Source: a virus
Taxonomy: Duplodnaviria; Caudoviricetes
Virus record (IMG/VR): IMGVR_UViG_3300037634_002056
Coordinates: 1-61,799 of that record
Length of the DNA stretch: 61,799 nucleotides
Direction: 5' to 3' (one strand)
Positions 1 through 9,473 of this stretch are shown piece after piece; position 1 is the stretch's first letter; every line of letters starts with the position of its first letter. The position numbers and the translations under genes were made by a program. Under the pieces are notes generated by a model. It was not told the origin of the DNA. It worked only from the letters and a program-made list of their open reading frames with translations, and made no database searches.

Positions 1-112
1 CAAACATCCATATTATATGGGACCAAGCTATATTGTACTTTTCAGTGAAACTGATGCATTTATGTATAAGCTTGGCGGCTTCGAAACATGGATTGAAAGC
101 CAAAAAGATTAA
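1..112 (+). CDS. partial hypothetical protein (3' end, runs off window)
   Basis: Frame 2 open from window start: KHPYYMGPSYIVLFSETDAFMYKLGGFETWIESQKD*. Confidence 0.6.
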   Translation, partial: KHPYYMGPSYIVLFSETDAFMYKLGGFETWIESQKD

Positions 113-130
113 ATAAAAAGCAAAAAAGTA

Positions 131-174
131 TTGACAACCAATACGTCTTACTGTATCATATAAGTATAAGTTAA
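131..174 (+). promoter_or_regulatory. early sigma70-type promoter with AATACGTCTT spacer motif (copy 1)
   Basis: TTGACA-accaatacgtcttactg(17)-TATCAT-ataagtataagttaa. Confidence 0.85.
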
Positions 175-181
175 TCAAAGA

Positions 182-445
182 GTGAGAAAGATTATGAAAC
201 GCAACGAACGAACAGCTTTTAACGCATTAAAGAAAATGGGCTGCCCAGTTTTCGCCCCTGAAGGTTGCGACTATGGTGCATTCATTATTAGCGCCGAAGA
301 TAACTCAACTGATCTTTGGGCTGATTATTACCAGTTCGCATATGGTGAGTTTGGAGTAAAACAAGAAGTATGTGATTTGCTTCGCAAGAACAAATTGTTT
401 TGTGAGTGGGTTAATCCTGGAATGCTTGGTGTTTATCAAATTTAA
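182..445 (+). CDS. hypothetical protein
   Basis: 87-aa ORF directly after strong promoter. Confidence 0.7.
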   Translation: MRKIMKRNERTAFNALKKMGCPVFAPEGCDYGAFIISAEDNSTDLWADYYQFAYGEFGVKQEVCDLLRKNKLFCEWVNPGMLGVYQI

Positions 446-448
446 GTA

Positions 449-477
449 TTGACACACCTACCTAGATAATGTATAAT
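449..477 (+). promoter_or_regulatory. sigma70 promoter
   Basis: TTGACA-17 nt-TATAAT perfect consensus. Confidence 0.8.
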
Positions 478-526
478 CTATACATAACTTAATTAAACCC
501 GATAATGGATATAACGGAGACACGAT

Positions 527-1645
527 ATGTCAACTACTGCTACATTAACAAATGATCGTACTGTACGGATTTCAGAGGCCAACCGCCTTATCGTTCGTGC
601 GTTCAATAAGAAGCGTCCTGTGTTTTTGTGGGGACCTCCAGGAATTGGTAAATCAGAACTTGTACAGGGCATTGGTGATTCAGGTGTATTGGGTAATACT
701 CTTGTAATTGATATGCGCCTGGCATTGTTTGAGCCAACTGATTTGCGTGGTTACCCAGTTCCAAATCTAGAAACAGGTGTTATGCAATGGCTACCACCTG
801 CAGATCTTCCCAGTGAAGAACTAGCTGCACAATACGATACAGTTATTGTGTTCCTAGATGAGATGAACTCAGCAGCACCAAGTGTACAGGCCGCTGGTTA
901 TCAACTTATCCTAAACCGTCGAATTGGTCAGTATAAGTTGCCTGAAAATGTGGTAATGATTGCCGCAGGTAACCGTGAGACTGACAAAGGTGTTACTTAC
1001 CGTATGCCTAAGCCACTTGAGAATCGTTTTGTTCACTTTGAACTACGTGTTGATTTTGAAGATTGGTTGAACTGGGCTGTTGATAAAAACATCAATGCTG
1101 ATATTGTTGGTTATTTGAGCTTTGCTAAAAATGACCTTTATAACTTTGACCCCAAGTCTAGTTCACGTGGTTTTGCTACACCACGCGCATGGACATTTAC
1201 TAGTGAATTACTAGAAGATGATGATGATCTTGGTGAAGGACTTACCACTGATATGGTTGCAGGCTGTGTTGGTGAAGGCATTGCTATTAAGTTTATGGCT
1301 CACCGCAAAGTTGCTGCTGATTGTCCAGATCCAACTGCTGTATTGGACGGCAAGATAACTGAAATGAAGAGTGATGAGATGAGCGCGAAATATGCATTGG
1401 CAACGAGCCTATGTTACGAGTTACGTGAGCGTCACCAGAATGGAGAAAAGGCTGGTTCGTTGGATAAATTCCACAAGAGCTTTAGTAACTTTATTAGCTT
1501 CATGATGGATAACTTCGAAACAGAAATGGTGATTATGGCATCACGTGTTGCGATGCAAAATTATAAGTTAACACCAAAGCAAGATAAGATTGCCCGCTTC
1601 CAGGAGTTCTTCGAACGCTATGGTCGTTTGGTATTAGATGCATAG
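527..1645 (+). CDS. MoxR-like AAA+ ATPase
   Basis: Walker A GPPGIGKS, Walker B VFLDEMN, sensor AAGN, arginine finger LENRF; GGAG RBS. Confidence 0.9.
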   Translation: MSTTATLTNDRTVRISEANRLIVRAFNKKRPVFLWGPPGIGKSELVQGIGDSGVLGNTLVIDMRLALFEPTDLRGYPVPNLETGVMQWLPPADLPSEELAAQYDTVIVFLDEMNSAAPSVQAAGYQLILNRRIGQYKLPENVVMIAAGNRETDKGVTYRMPKPLENRFVHFELRVDFEDWLNWAVDKNINADIVGYLSFAKNDLYNFDPKSSSRGFATPRAWTFTSELLEDDDDLGEGLTTDMVAGCVGEGIAIKFMAHRKVAADCPDPTAVLDGKITEMKSDEMSAKYALATSLCYELRERHQNGEKAGSLDKFHKSFSNFISFMMDNFETEMVIMASRVAMQNYKLTPKQDKIARFQEFFERYGRLVLDA

Positions 1646-1664
1646 ACATTATGCATTATAAAAC

Positions 1665-1695
1665 TATAGGAGCTAATGGCTCCTATATCTTTTTT
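1665..1695 (+). terminator. rho-independent terminator
   Basis: TATAGGAGC-taatg-GCTCCTATA stem followed by TCTTTTTT. Confidence 0.7.
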
Positions 1696-1701
1696 AGTTA
1701 A

Positions 1702-2052
1702 GTGGATCGACATAGTATGAAAGCTACATATTTGACGCCAAAATTGTTAGAGCATGAAAAAAAGGTAGATTTAGCTAACTTTTCACCTCGTGAAAGAACT
1801 AATATCAGACTATATGGACTTGCATGCAAAGATTGGACACCGATAATGTTGCATGAATATAAACGCAAGTGGAAAGCAAATGCCGTAAGTGTTAAGGTTA
1901 GACCAGGTCAATTAATTGAAGCTACTGCATGGTGCCGCTTTAACTTATTTCATCAAGATTTTGTAGTAACTAAGTATGCCTTTCCAGATGATTCGCATGC
2001 AATTTACTTTAAAAATCCAGATGACGCTATGATTTTCAAATTAAGTTTATGA
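1702..2052 (+). CDS. hypothetical protein
   Basis: 116-aa ORF in gene-dense context; C-terminal FKNPDDAMIFKL. Confidence 0.65.
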   Translation: MDRHSMKATYLTPKLLEHEKKVDLANFSPRERTNIRLYGLACKDWTPIMLHEYKRKWKANAVSVKVRPGQLIEATAWCRFNLFHQDFVVTKYAFPDDSHAIYFKNPDDAMIFKLSL

Positions 2053-2057
2053 TTTAC

Positions 2058-2086
2058 TTGACATTAGTAATGAATTATAGTATTAT
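2058..2086 (+). promoter_or_regulatory. sigma70 promoter
   Basis: TTGACA-17 nt-TATTAT. Confidence 0.65.
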
Positions 2087-2110
2087 AATAATATAGTACA
2101 ACAGATTAGG

Positions 2111-3295
2111 ATGAATGATATGGTACAACTTGCCGAAGAACGTATAACAAAATCACGTGTTCGTCTCCTATTAGGTAAACCATTTTTTGGTCAGCTTGCT
2201 ACCCGGTTTAAATTAATAGAAATGAATGATATTTCTACAGCGGCAACAGATGGACGTAACTTTTATTTTAATCGCGAGTTTATCAACCAGTTGCCAGATG
2301 GAATGATTGATTATTTGGTTGGCCATGAAGTGTTACATATGGTGTTTGATCATATGGGCGCACGTGGTGACCGTGACCCCAATAAGTATAATCAAGCGGC
2401 AGATTTTAATATAAATATGACATTGGTTGATGAAAATATTGGCACCGTGATTACTGAAGAATATCTAAGCGGCGGTAAGCCATGCTTAGATTGGAAATAC
2501 AAAGGCATGAACTCATATGAGATTTATGACATTCTTGTTGAAGAGAATGATGACACAGGCTGTAGCATGGATGTTCATTTAGACCCAAATGGTTCACCAG
2601 GCGACGGTGATGGCGAAGGTGATGCTGGTTCAATTGGACAAATGACAGAAGAAGAACGCAAGGCATTGCAAGATGAAATCAAGCAGGCTGTTATCCAGGC
2701 AGCACAAGGTGCTGGTGGTGATGTTCCAGAATCAATTAAACGAATGATTCAAGAGTTAGTAGCACCAAAGATGGACTGGAAGGATATTTTATGTACCCAG
2801 TTAGAAAGTTCACTTCAGCATGATTTTACCTTTATGCGCCCAAGCAAGCGTTCAGGAGAAGTTATTTTCCCGGGCATGAATAAAGATGAACTTTTAAGGG
2901 CATTTATTGCATTAGATCTTAGCGGAAGTATTGGCCATGATTTGGCAAAAGAAATGCTTAGTGAAGTGCAAGGTATTATGGACCAGTATGCTGATTATGA
3001 AATTCACGTTTGTTGTTTTGACACCCGTGTATATAACTATGAAATATTCAGCAGCGAAGATGGCCGCAGTATTAACGACTATGAACTTAAAGGTGGTGGT
3101 GGTACTGATTTTGATGCAGTATTTAATTTCTTAGCTGAAAATGATATTAGTCCTCATCAGTTAGTAATGTTTACTGATGGTTATCCATGGGGTTCATGGG
3201 GTAACGAAGATTACTGTGATACATTATTTGTTATTCACGGAGATACCGCACAAAGAATACAAGCACCATTTGGAGTTACAGTGCATTATGAATAA
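2111..3295 (+). CDS. DUF2201-type putative metallopeptidase with C-terminal vWA domain
   Basis: TAATDG, HEVLH (HEXXH), MIDAS DLSGS, GGGGTDF, FTDG; typical partner of MoxR-like AAA+. Confidence 0.85.
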   Translation: MNDMVQLAEERITKSRVRLLLGKPFFGQLATRFKLIEMNDISTAATDGRNFYFNREFINQLPDGMIDYLVGHEVLHMVFDHMGARGDRDPNKYNQAADFNINMTLVDENIGTVITEEYLSGGKPCLDWKYKGMNSYEIYDILVEENDDTGCSMDVHLDPNGSPGDGDGEGDAGSIGQMTEEERKALQDEIKQAVIQAAQGAGGDVPESIKRMIQELVAPKMDWKDILCTQLESSLQHDFTFMRPSKRSGEVIFPGMNKDELLRAFIALDLSGSIGHDLAKEMLSEVQGIMDQYADYEIHVCCFDTRVYNYEIFSSEDGRSINDYELKGGGGTDFDAVFNFLAENDISPHQLVMFTDGYPWGSWGNEDYCDTLFVIHGDTAQRIQAPFGVTVHYE

Positions 3296-3581
3296 ACCAA
3301 AAATATTAGATAACGCAGGCTCATTAAGCGAAAATGATATGGGCCTGCTAGCAGGAACTGAACTTATTCAGACAATGATGCGAAATCGAATTCTAGTTAT
3401 GTCAGTACCAAACCAAGAAATGGATTGGGTTGCATTGACGGCTGGGGTCACTGGATTGTATCATATCAGAAGTATTAATCAAAGAAGTTTATATCAGGTT
3501 TGGTTTGAAAGCCCGACTGATATAGATAAGTTTAAAAAGAACTTATTTATTGCTATTGTAGGCAATAATGCTCATGCATAG
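3288..3581 (+). CDS. hypothetical protein
   Basis: ATG at 3288 (MNKPKIL...) overlapping upstream stop, within ORF 3177..3581. Confidence 0.65.
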   Translation: MNKPKILDNAGSLSENDMGLLAGTELIQTMMRNRILVMSVPNQEMDWVALTAGVTGLYHIRSINQRSLYQVWFESPTDIDKFKKNLFIAIVGNNAHA

Positions 3582-3582
3582 G

Positions 3583-3589
3583 ATAAATA
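3583..3589 (+). promoter_or_regulatory. putative T4-like late promoter
   Basis: ATAAATA in intergenic gap before 3627. Confidence 0.4.
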
Positions 3590-3626
3590 AACATAGCAGT
3601 TAATTAAAATTCAAAAGGAGAACCAA

Positions 3627-3866
3627 ATGACTGAACAAACCGAAAATCAAGAACGCTCAGCGTCACTAACATTAGATGATCTTACAACAACTTGTAATAT
3701 CATTGATTTAGCAGTCCAGCGTGGCGCATTTAAAGGCGCTGAAGCAGAAACTGTAGGCATCCAATTCAATCGCCTAGTTGCAATTATTCGTCAACTAGCA
3801 CCTGAAGTTGAAACTCGTGATGACGAGTCTGTTAAAGAAGAAGCCCCTGCCTCTGAAGGAGAGTAA
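3627..3866 (+). CDS. hypothetical protein
   Basis: 79 aa, strong AGGAG RBS. Confidence 0.75.
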   Translation: MTEQTENQERSASLTLDDLTTTCNIIDLAVQRGAFKGAEAETVGIQFNRLVAIIRQLAPEVETRDDESVKEEAPASEGE

Positions 3867-3871
3867 GTATT

Positions 3872-4459
3872 ATGCCAACAAATAACTTAAAACACATTGG
3901 GTCTATTATTAATACCCAACGTAGATGTGTTGTAGTTTTTCGTGAAATTCCAGATGAGCCCACTTATTGCTTAATAGTAGATACAGATGCACTTCCAGAT
4001 TGGATGCATGATGATATTATGCATGCAGTTGAATCACCAGCTGGTCAAGAATCAAATGAATTCTACGAATATGCCGCACGAACTTTATTCTCAGATGGAA
4101 CGCAGATGTTAAATAACATGCATTCAAAAGGGTTACTGCAACGCCAACCGGTTAGCAATATTTCAATGACACCAAATCGTGAAACTGCTATTAATTTAGC
4201 CGATTTGAATGATTTGATTAGTCAGCAAAATGGCGGAAAGCCAGCAGTTGAGCCATCAGCAGAAGTAGAATCATCATCAGATGATGATGTGGCATTGGAT
4301 AATGTTGCGTTGGCGCAAAATATGTTAAAGCAAGCATCTGGATTTGAAGCAGAAGCAAAGCGTTTGCGAACCGAAGCGTTTGATTTGGCACCAGAACTAA
4401 AGCCAAAACGTGGCCGCAAACCTAAAGCAAAAAGCATTAAAACTGAAACAGTAAAATAA
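3872..4459 (+). CDS. hypothetical phage protein
   Basis: 195 aa, basic C-terminal KPKRGRKPK. Confidence 0.8.
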   Translation: MPTNNLKHIGSIINTQRRCVVVFREIPDEPTYCLIVDTDALPDWMHDDIMHAVESPAGQESNEFYEYAARTLFSDGTQMLNNMHSKGLLQRQPVSNISMTPNRETAINLADLNDLISQQNGGKPAVEPSAEVESSSDDDVALDNVALAQNMLKQASGFEAEAKRLRTEAFDLAPELKPKRGRKPKAKSIKTETVK

Positions 4460-4473
4460 AGGATTAAACTGTT

Positions 4474-4776
4474 ATGTCAATTGAAAGAAAGGATCGTTCG
4501 TTTGACCGCATTTTGGACGAAGTCGAAGTTCATCAAGTGCCTGCAAATTTCATTATGACAGTACAAATTGTTCTTATGGATGGTTCAACCATTGATGTAG
4601 GTGATTTGGATGAAGCGCAGTTATTAATTGAAAATATTAGTAGGGAAGAAGTCGCTGATGTTAATATTAGCTTAGATTACGAAGCTATTAAAAAGCATGT
4701 AACTGGCGATATAACACGCATGTTGGATTCATATTTTAAAGATGACATCATCGACGACGATACAGACAATCAATGA
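4474..4776 (+). CDS. hypothetical acidic protein
   Basis: 100 aa, AAGGA RBS. Confidence 0.75.
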   Translation: MSIERKDRSFDRILDEVEVHQVPANFIMTVQIVLMDGSTIDVGDLDEAQLLIENISREEVADVNISLDYEAIKKHVTGDITRMLDSYFKDDIIDDDTDNQ

Positions 4777-4786
4777 TACGAGAATA

Positions 4787-4842
4787 AAAGGACCCGGTTA
4801 TGTAGGATACTAAAAAAGATATTCAACATTACTGGGTCCTTT
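4787..4842 (+). other. long imperfect hairpin (terminator or structured RNA)
   Basis: AAAGGACCCGGTTATGTAGGATA ... TATTCAACATTACTGGGTCCTTT; ~23 bp with 2 G-U pairs and 2 mismatches. Confidence 0.6.
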
Positions 4843-4880
4843 CTGTTAAAATTTTATAAAACAATTAGGAATGAGATTTA

Positions 4881-4973
4881 ATGGATAGTTATACAAAAAC
4901 TGAAATCTTTGCAATTTCAATGATAGTAGTTAATATCGCATTGATGGTTCTTGTTGTAATTAAATATTCATAA
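4881..4973 (+). CDS. small hydrophobic peptide (30 aa)
   Basis: MDSYTKTEIFAISMIVVNIALMVLVVIKYS*, AGGA upstream; below ORF-track cutoff. Confidence 0.45.
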   Translation: MDSYTKTEIFAISMIVVNIALMVLVVIKYS

Positions 4974-5003
4974 GAGTATCAAAAAATAAAGTTAGGAGTC
5001 ATA

Positions 5004-6428
5004 ATGACCTGTAACGATTCAAAATTACCGTCAGACACTTTTTGCATATTGCCATGGATGCATTTAAGTACACGGCCTGATGGTAGTATGCGAGTATGTT
5101 GTACTGCTAACGCAAGTTCAGTTGGCGCAACTAATGATAAAGTACATGGCGGACGAGTGGGCATTGTTAAGACAGACGATGGTAAACCAGCCAACTTAAA
5201 TACAAGTGATTTGCATAGCGCCTGGAATAACTCATATATGCGAAATGTAAGGCAAATGATGATAGCTGGTGAAAAACCTGCGAGTTGTCTAAAGTGTTAC
5301 AAGGAAGAAGCTGCTGGCCACCGTTCAAAACGTCAATGGGAAACAGAGTATTGGATACGTGATGGCATTGATCCATTTCAGTTAGTGGAAGAAACATATA
5401 AAGATGGTTCAACAAATGCTAACTTGGCATATATTGATATACGTATGGGCACCAAATGCCAACTGGGCTGTGTTATGTGTAGCCCGCATGATTCAAGTGG
5501 TTGGATTAAAGATTGGAATAACCTTTATCCAAAAATTGAGAACAAAAATCTTAAAGAAACTATGGGATGGGAAGATCGCGGCAAAACATTTGGCGCTACT
5601 TATAATTGGCATAAGGATAATCCCACGTTCTGGAAACAACTTTATGAACAAGTACCTAATATCCGTCAATTATACTTTGCTGGCGGTGAAGCAACTATTA
5701 TTGAAGAACATTATGAAATCCTTGACAAGGTTATTGAAATGGGATATGCAGACAAGATTGAAGTACGTTACAATTCCAACTGCATAGAACTGCCAGACCG
5801 CTTGCTAGAGCAATGGAAACATTTTAAGAAAGTTCGTATGCATTATTCAGTAGATAGCATTGGAGACATGAACGACTACATTCGATATCCAAGTACATGG
5901 GATCACACTCTTAAAATGTTTGAACGTTTAGATACACAAACCAGTAATAACGTTGAAATTACAATTGCATGTGCAGTAAATGCACTAAATATTTATTATA
6001 TTCCAGATTTTCTAAAATGGAAACTCAAAGAAAGTGGATTACATAAAACAAATATGTGGCCATTTGGCGCAGGTGGCATTAATTATCACTTTGTATACTG
6101 GCCAGGACATTTCAATGTCAAAGTATTGCCAGATGAATTTATTGATCAGTGCGAAGCCAAGTATGAAGAATTCATTGAATGGTGGACTGAAAATTGGGAA
6201 CTAGGTGTACCTAGTTGGCATAAAGGCAACGTAACAAAAGAACAATGGCTAGATGCGCCATATGGTATTAAACGACTACGTGGCATGATTAACTTTGCTC
6301 GCAGTGAAGATTGGAGTCGTCGATTACCGGAGTTTCGTGAATACTTAACAAAATTAGATGAACAGCGTGGAACAGATTTCCGTAAGACATTTCCTGAAAT
6401 GTCTTACTTACTAGACGAACCAAAATAG
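5004..6428 (+). CDS. radical SAM protein with N-terminal twitch/SPASM-like domain
   Basis: FCILPW...VCC...CLKC N-domain; CQLGCVMC (CX3CX2C); AGGE. Confidence 0.9.
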   Translation: MTCNDSKLPSDTFCILPWMHLSTRPDGSMRVCCTANASSVGATNDKVHGGRVGIVKTDDGKPANLNTSDLHSAWNNSYMRNVRQMMIAGEKPASCLKCYKEEAAGHRSKRQWETEYWIRDGIDPFQLVEETYKDGSTNANLAYIDIRMGTKCQLGCVMCSPHDSSGWIKDWNNLYPKIENKNLKETMGWEDRGKTFGATYNWHKDNPTFWKQLYEQVPNIRQLYFAGGEATIIEEHYEILDKVIEMGYADKIEVRYNSNCIELPDRLLEQWKHFKKVRMHYSVDSIGDMNDYIRYPSTWDHTLKMFERLDTQTSNNVEITIACAVNALNIYYIPDFLKWKLKESGLHKTNMWPFGAGGINYHFVYWPGHFNVKVLPDEFIDQCEAKYEEFIEWWTENWELGVPSWHKGNVTKEQWLDAPYGIKRLRGMINFARSEDWSRRLPEFREYLTKLDEQRGTDFRKTFPEMSYLLDEPK

Positions 6429-6504
6429 ATAATATATTAATGATATATACAGCGATGGAAACAGCCAGAAAAAAACTACAATAATTAATAATGAGGATAT
6501 TTAA

Positions 6505-7059
6505 ATGATTTATATTTTAGTAGCATTAGAAACTGAATTATCTAGCGACTACTGCGATCAACTTCCTGATAATTTTATGGTAATATACTGTGGCGTAGGA
6601 AAGATTAATGCAACTATTGCAGCTAGTGTTGTTGCCAATCAGCCTGATTGTGAACGCATTATAAATTTTGGTACTGCTGGCACATTACGTACTGAATTAG
6701 TAGGCCAACTTCATAATGTTGGACTAGTTCGTCAACGAGATATGGATGCCAGACCAGTTTCTGGTTTGGGCATAACGCCGTTTGATCCGGATGTAATTAA
6801 CGGAGATCTCAAAGTAAGCGATAGTAAAATTGTGCTAAGTACTGGTGATAATTTTGTTACATCAACCCCTGAACTTGATAGTGATCTGGTAGATATGGAA
6901 GGTTATGCCATAGTTAAAGTTGCCATGCTTAAAGGACAAGGTATACAGATATTAAAATATGCAAGTGATTTAGCAGACGAACTCGCTGCTGATGATTGGA
7001 AAGAAAATCAATCCGACGGCGCCCAATCATTTGTTGACTATATTAAGGCACAATATTAA
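6505..7059 (+). CDS. MTA/SAH nucleosidase-like (PNP/UDP family)
   Basis: GVGKINA, INFGTAG, STGDNF, VDMEGYA, SD motifs. Confidence 0.85.
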   Translation: MIYILVALETELSSDYCDQLPDNFMVIYCGVGKINATIAASVVANQPDCERIINFGTAGTLRTELVGQLHNVGLVRQRDMDARPVSGLGITPFDPDVINGDLKVSDSKIVLSTGDNFVTSTPELDSDLVDMEGYAIVKVAMLKGQGIQILKYASDLADELAADDWKENQSDGAQSFVDYIKAQY

Positions 7060-7075
7060 TGCCCGAGAATATAAT

Positions 7076-7210
7076 ATGAATAAAAAGTAGATACTACTAG
7101 TGGATTATGCAAATACCTGCCCTAGGTGGGGAGATGAAATAAGTGATCCATACTTGGGACATTGTGGTGAATGTTGGTGGTGTAAAGAAAGGGAATGGGG
7201 ATTTAAGTAA
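7076..7210 (+). pseudogene. C-terminal remnant of QueC-like gene
   Basis: MNKK*ILLVDYANTCPRWGDEISDPYLGHCGECWWCKEREWGFK*; 7159-7199 identical to 17047-17087. Confidence 0.7.
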
Positions 7211-7221
7211 AGGATAATATT

Positions 7222-8586
7222 ATGAGCAAAGACTTTGAGAACGTACCAAAATCAAAAGGAGATACAATTTGTCCAATGCCATGGAACTCAATCAATCTTA
7301 GAAATAATGGTGATTTGAGAATATGTTGTAATACAAATTCGTATTCCCCTCAACGTGGCATAATGAGAAAAGAAGATGGCACTCCTTATAATGCTGGCCG
7401 TGATGATTTTAATGAAGCCAGAAATGCTGTGCTACTGAAGGATGTTCGCAAGACTATGATGGAAGGCGAATGGCATCCAGAATGTGAACGTTGCAGACAA
7501 GAAGAAATAAATGGAATCAAGTCAAGACGAGAATATGAAACTGAAGATTGGGGACTCTCTGAAGCACAAATCCACGAAGTCACAGAAGATGACGGAACAC
7601 TTGCCGTTGAAGAACAGAACATAGACTTCTTTGATATTCGTTATGGTAATTTCTGTAATCTAAAATGTAGAATGTGTGGACCCACAGATTCACATATGTG
7701 GTATGATGACTTTGTAACGATACACGGCAAGACATCATACAAAGATACACACGACCTCATTCAATTAGTACAAAATAACAAAGGCAAATGGTCTACTGAC
7801 CAATATGATTGGTTTAAGAATGCTGACCATTACTGGGAACAGTTTGAGAAATATTGTACTACTGCTAAGAAATTATATATAGTTGGTGGTGAACCATTAA
7901 TCATCAAGGAACACCAAGAAAGTTTAGAAAAGTTAGTTGCAAGTGGTAATGCGCATAACATAGAGATTGAATATAATTCTAATCTAACTATGGTACCAAC
8001 CAGACTGGTATATCTATGGGAACAGTTTAAGCAGATTCGTATTGGTGTTAGTATCGATGGTTGTAATGATGTATTTGATTATCAACGAACACCAGCAAAG
8101 TTTCCAGCAGTCTATAAACATATGAAAACATTAAACGACAATAAACGAATAAATCTGAAAGCATGGTTTGCCTTCACAGTTACTCCAATGAATGTATATC
8201 ATATGCCAGAGTTTATGAAATGGAAGTTAGAGAAATCTGGATTAGATAAGTTTAATCCTCATCACAGTCCGCGACCAACAATAACACAACATGTGTGTCA
8301 CTCACCTAAATATTATAACATTAAAGTGTTACCAGAAAAGAACAAGCAAGAAGTAGTTGCATTGTATGAAGAATATAAAGACTGGGTAAAGGCTAGTGAC
8401 CACCCAGAGAAAACGAAGAAGCATTTCTGTACGGTATTAGACTCAACTGTCAGATTTATGTTGAGTGAAGATTATTCTGAGGAATGGCTAGATGGATTTG
8501 TTGATATTACAAAGAAACTTGACGAAGCACGAGACCAAAACATATTAGATATCGTTCCACAATATGAGGATTTGTTTTGCACATAA
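7222..8586 (+). CDS. radical SAM protein with N-terminal twitch/SPASM-like domain
   Basis: ICPMPW...ICC...CERC; CNLKCRMC; VGGEP; paralog of 5004..6428. Confidence 0.9.
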   Translation: MSKDFENVPKSKGDTICPMPWNSINLRNNGDLRICCNTNSYSPQRGIMRKEDGTPYNAGRDDFNEARNAVLLKDVRKTMMEGEWHPECERCRQEEINGIKSRREYETEDWGLSEAQIHEVTEDDGTLAVEEQNIDFFDIRYGNFCNLKCRMCGPTDSHMWYDDFVTIHGKTSYKDTHDLIQLVQNNKGKWSTDQYDWFKNADHYWEQFEKYCTTAKKLYIVGGEPLIIKEHQESLEKLVASGNAHNIEIEYNSNLTMVPTRLVYLWEQFKQIRIGVSIDGCNDVFDYQRTPAKFPAVYKHMKTLNDNKRINLKAWFAFTVTPMNVYHMPEFMKWKLEKSGLDKFNPHHSPRPTITQHVCHSPKYYNIKVLPEKNKQEVVALYEEYKDWVKASDHPEKTKKHFCTVLDSTVRFMLSEDYSEEWLDGFVDITKKLDEARDQNILDIVPQYEDLFCT

Positions 8587-9473
8587 CATCAGAAAACTTA
8601 GATTGTTGTATCGTAACACTATTCATTCATAATGTTTGTAATTATAGTTGCTCATATTGTTCAGATTTTCATAGAGATGGAACGCAACGCTGGCCTACAG
8701 ATTGGGCACCATATATAAAATTAATTGATGAGTTGAAAAAACGAAACAAATATTTATATGTAGAAGTATTAGGTGGTGAACCAACAGTGTGGCCGAAGTT
8801 CCAAGATTTTGTTGACACTATTTCTTCTGACAATGTGTTCGTAGAGTACTCTACAAATGCGTCAAGAACTTTAAGATATTGGGAGAAATTTAGGGCTCAA
8901 CGAGCATTTGTATTCTTATCGTGGCATTATGAAGAAGCAGATGATGACCATTTTTATAAAGTTGCAGAGATAATGCAACACAAAGCAAGTGTATCTATTC
9001 CTCTTATGATTCTTCCAAACAACTTTGAGAGGGCAGTAACGTTGTTTGAACGATTAAAAGGATTAAAGGTTGAGATTACACCCAAGTTTGTAAGAAAATC
9101 TATTCACGGAACTGAATATTTTCAATACACTGCCGAACAAAGAGAATGGATTACAAGTAACAATTATTTTAATATGAAAGACTTTGGACTAGATTGGACA
9201 TTCCCTAGAAATTTACATTTTGATGGTGAATCGATGCCATTTATGAAAGTGTTAGATAAGGAGTTACATCAATTTAAAGGCTTTACTTGTACTGCTGGTA
9301 TGAAACGATTGATGGTAGAACCTGATGGTAACATATTAAGATGTACTAAGAGAGTTGGAGGTTCACTTGGCAATCTACTAACTGGTGAGTATACTTTGCC
9401 AGACAAGCCGATTGTATGTGATTATAATGCATGTCCTTGTAAACTGGACGCAATTGTGGAGAAATGGAACTAA
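8577..9473 (+). CDS. radical SAM protein with C-terminal twitch-like Cys cluster
   Basis: CNYSCSYC, LGGEPT, STN; CTAG...RC...CDYNACPC; TTG start. Confidence 0.9.
   Translation: MHITSENLDCCIVTLFIHNVCNYSCSYCSDFHRDGTQRWPTDWAPYIKLIDELKKRNKYLYVEVLGGEPTVWPKFQDFVDTISSDNVFVEYSTNASRTLRYWEKFRAQRAFVFLSWHYEEADDDHFYKVAEIMQHKASVSIPLMILPNNFERAVTLFERLKGLKVEITPKFVRKSIHGTEYFQYTAEQREWITSNNYFNMKDFGLDWTFPRNLHFDGESMPFMKVLDKELHQFKGFTCTAGMKRLMVEPDGNILRCTKRVGGSLGNLLTGEYTLPDKPIVCDYNACPCKLDAIVEKWN

Noticed and set aside
7076-7090. In-frame TAG as evidence of stop-codon reassignment
   Set aside because: TAG cleanly ends intact genes (e.g. 1645, 6428, 15284) and long genes are uninterrupted under code 11
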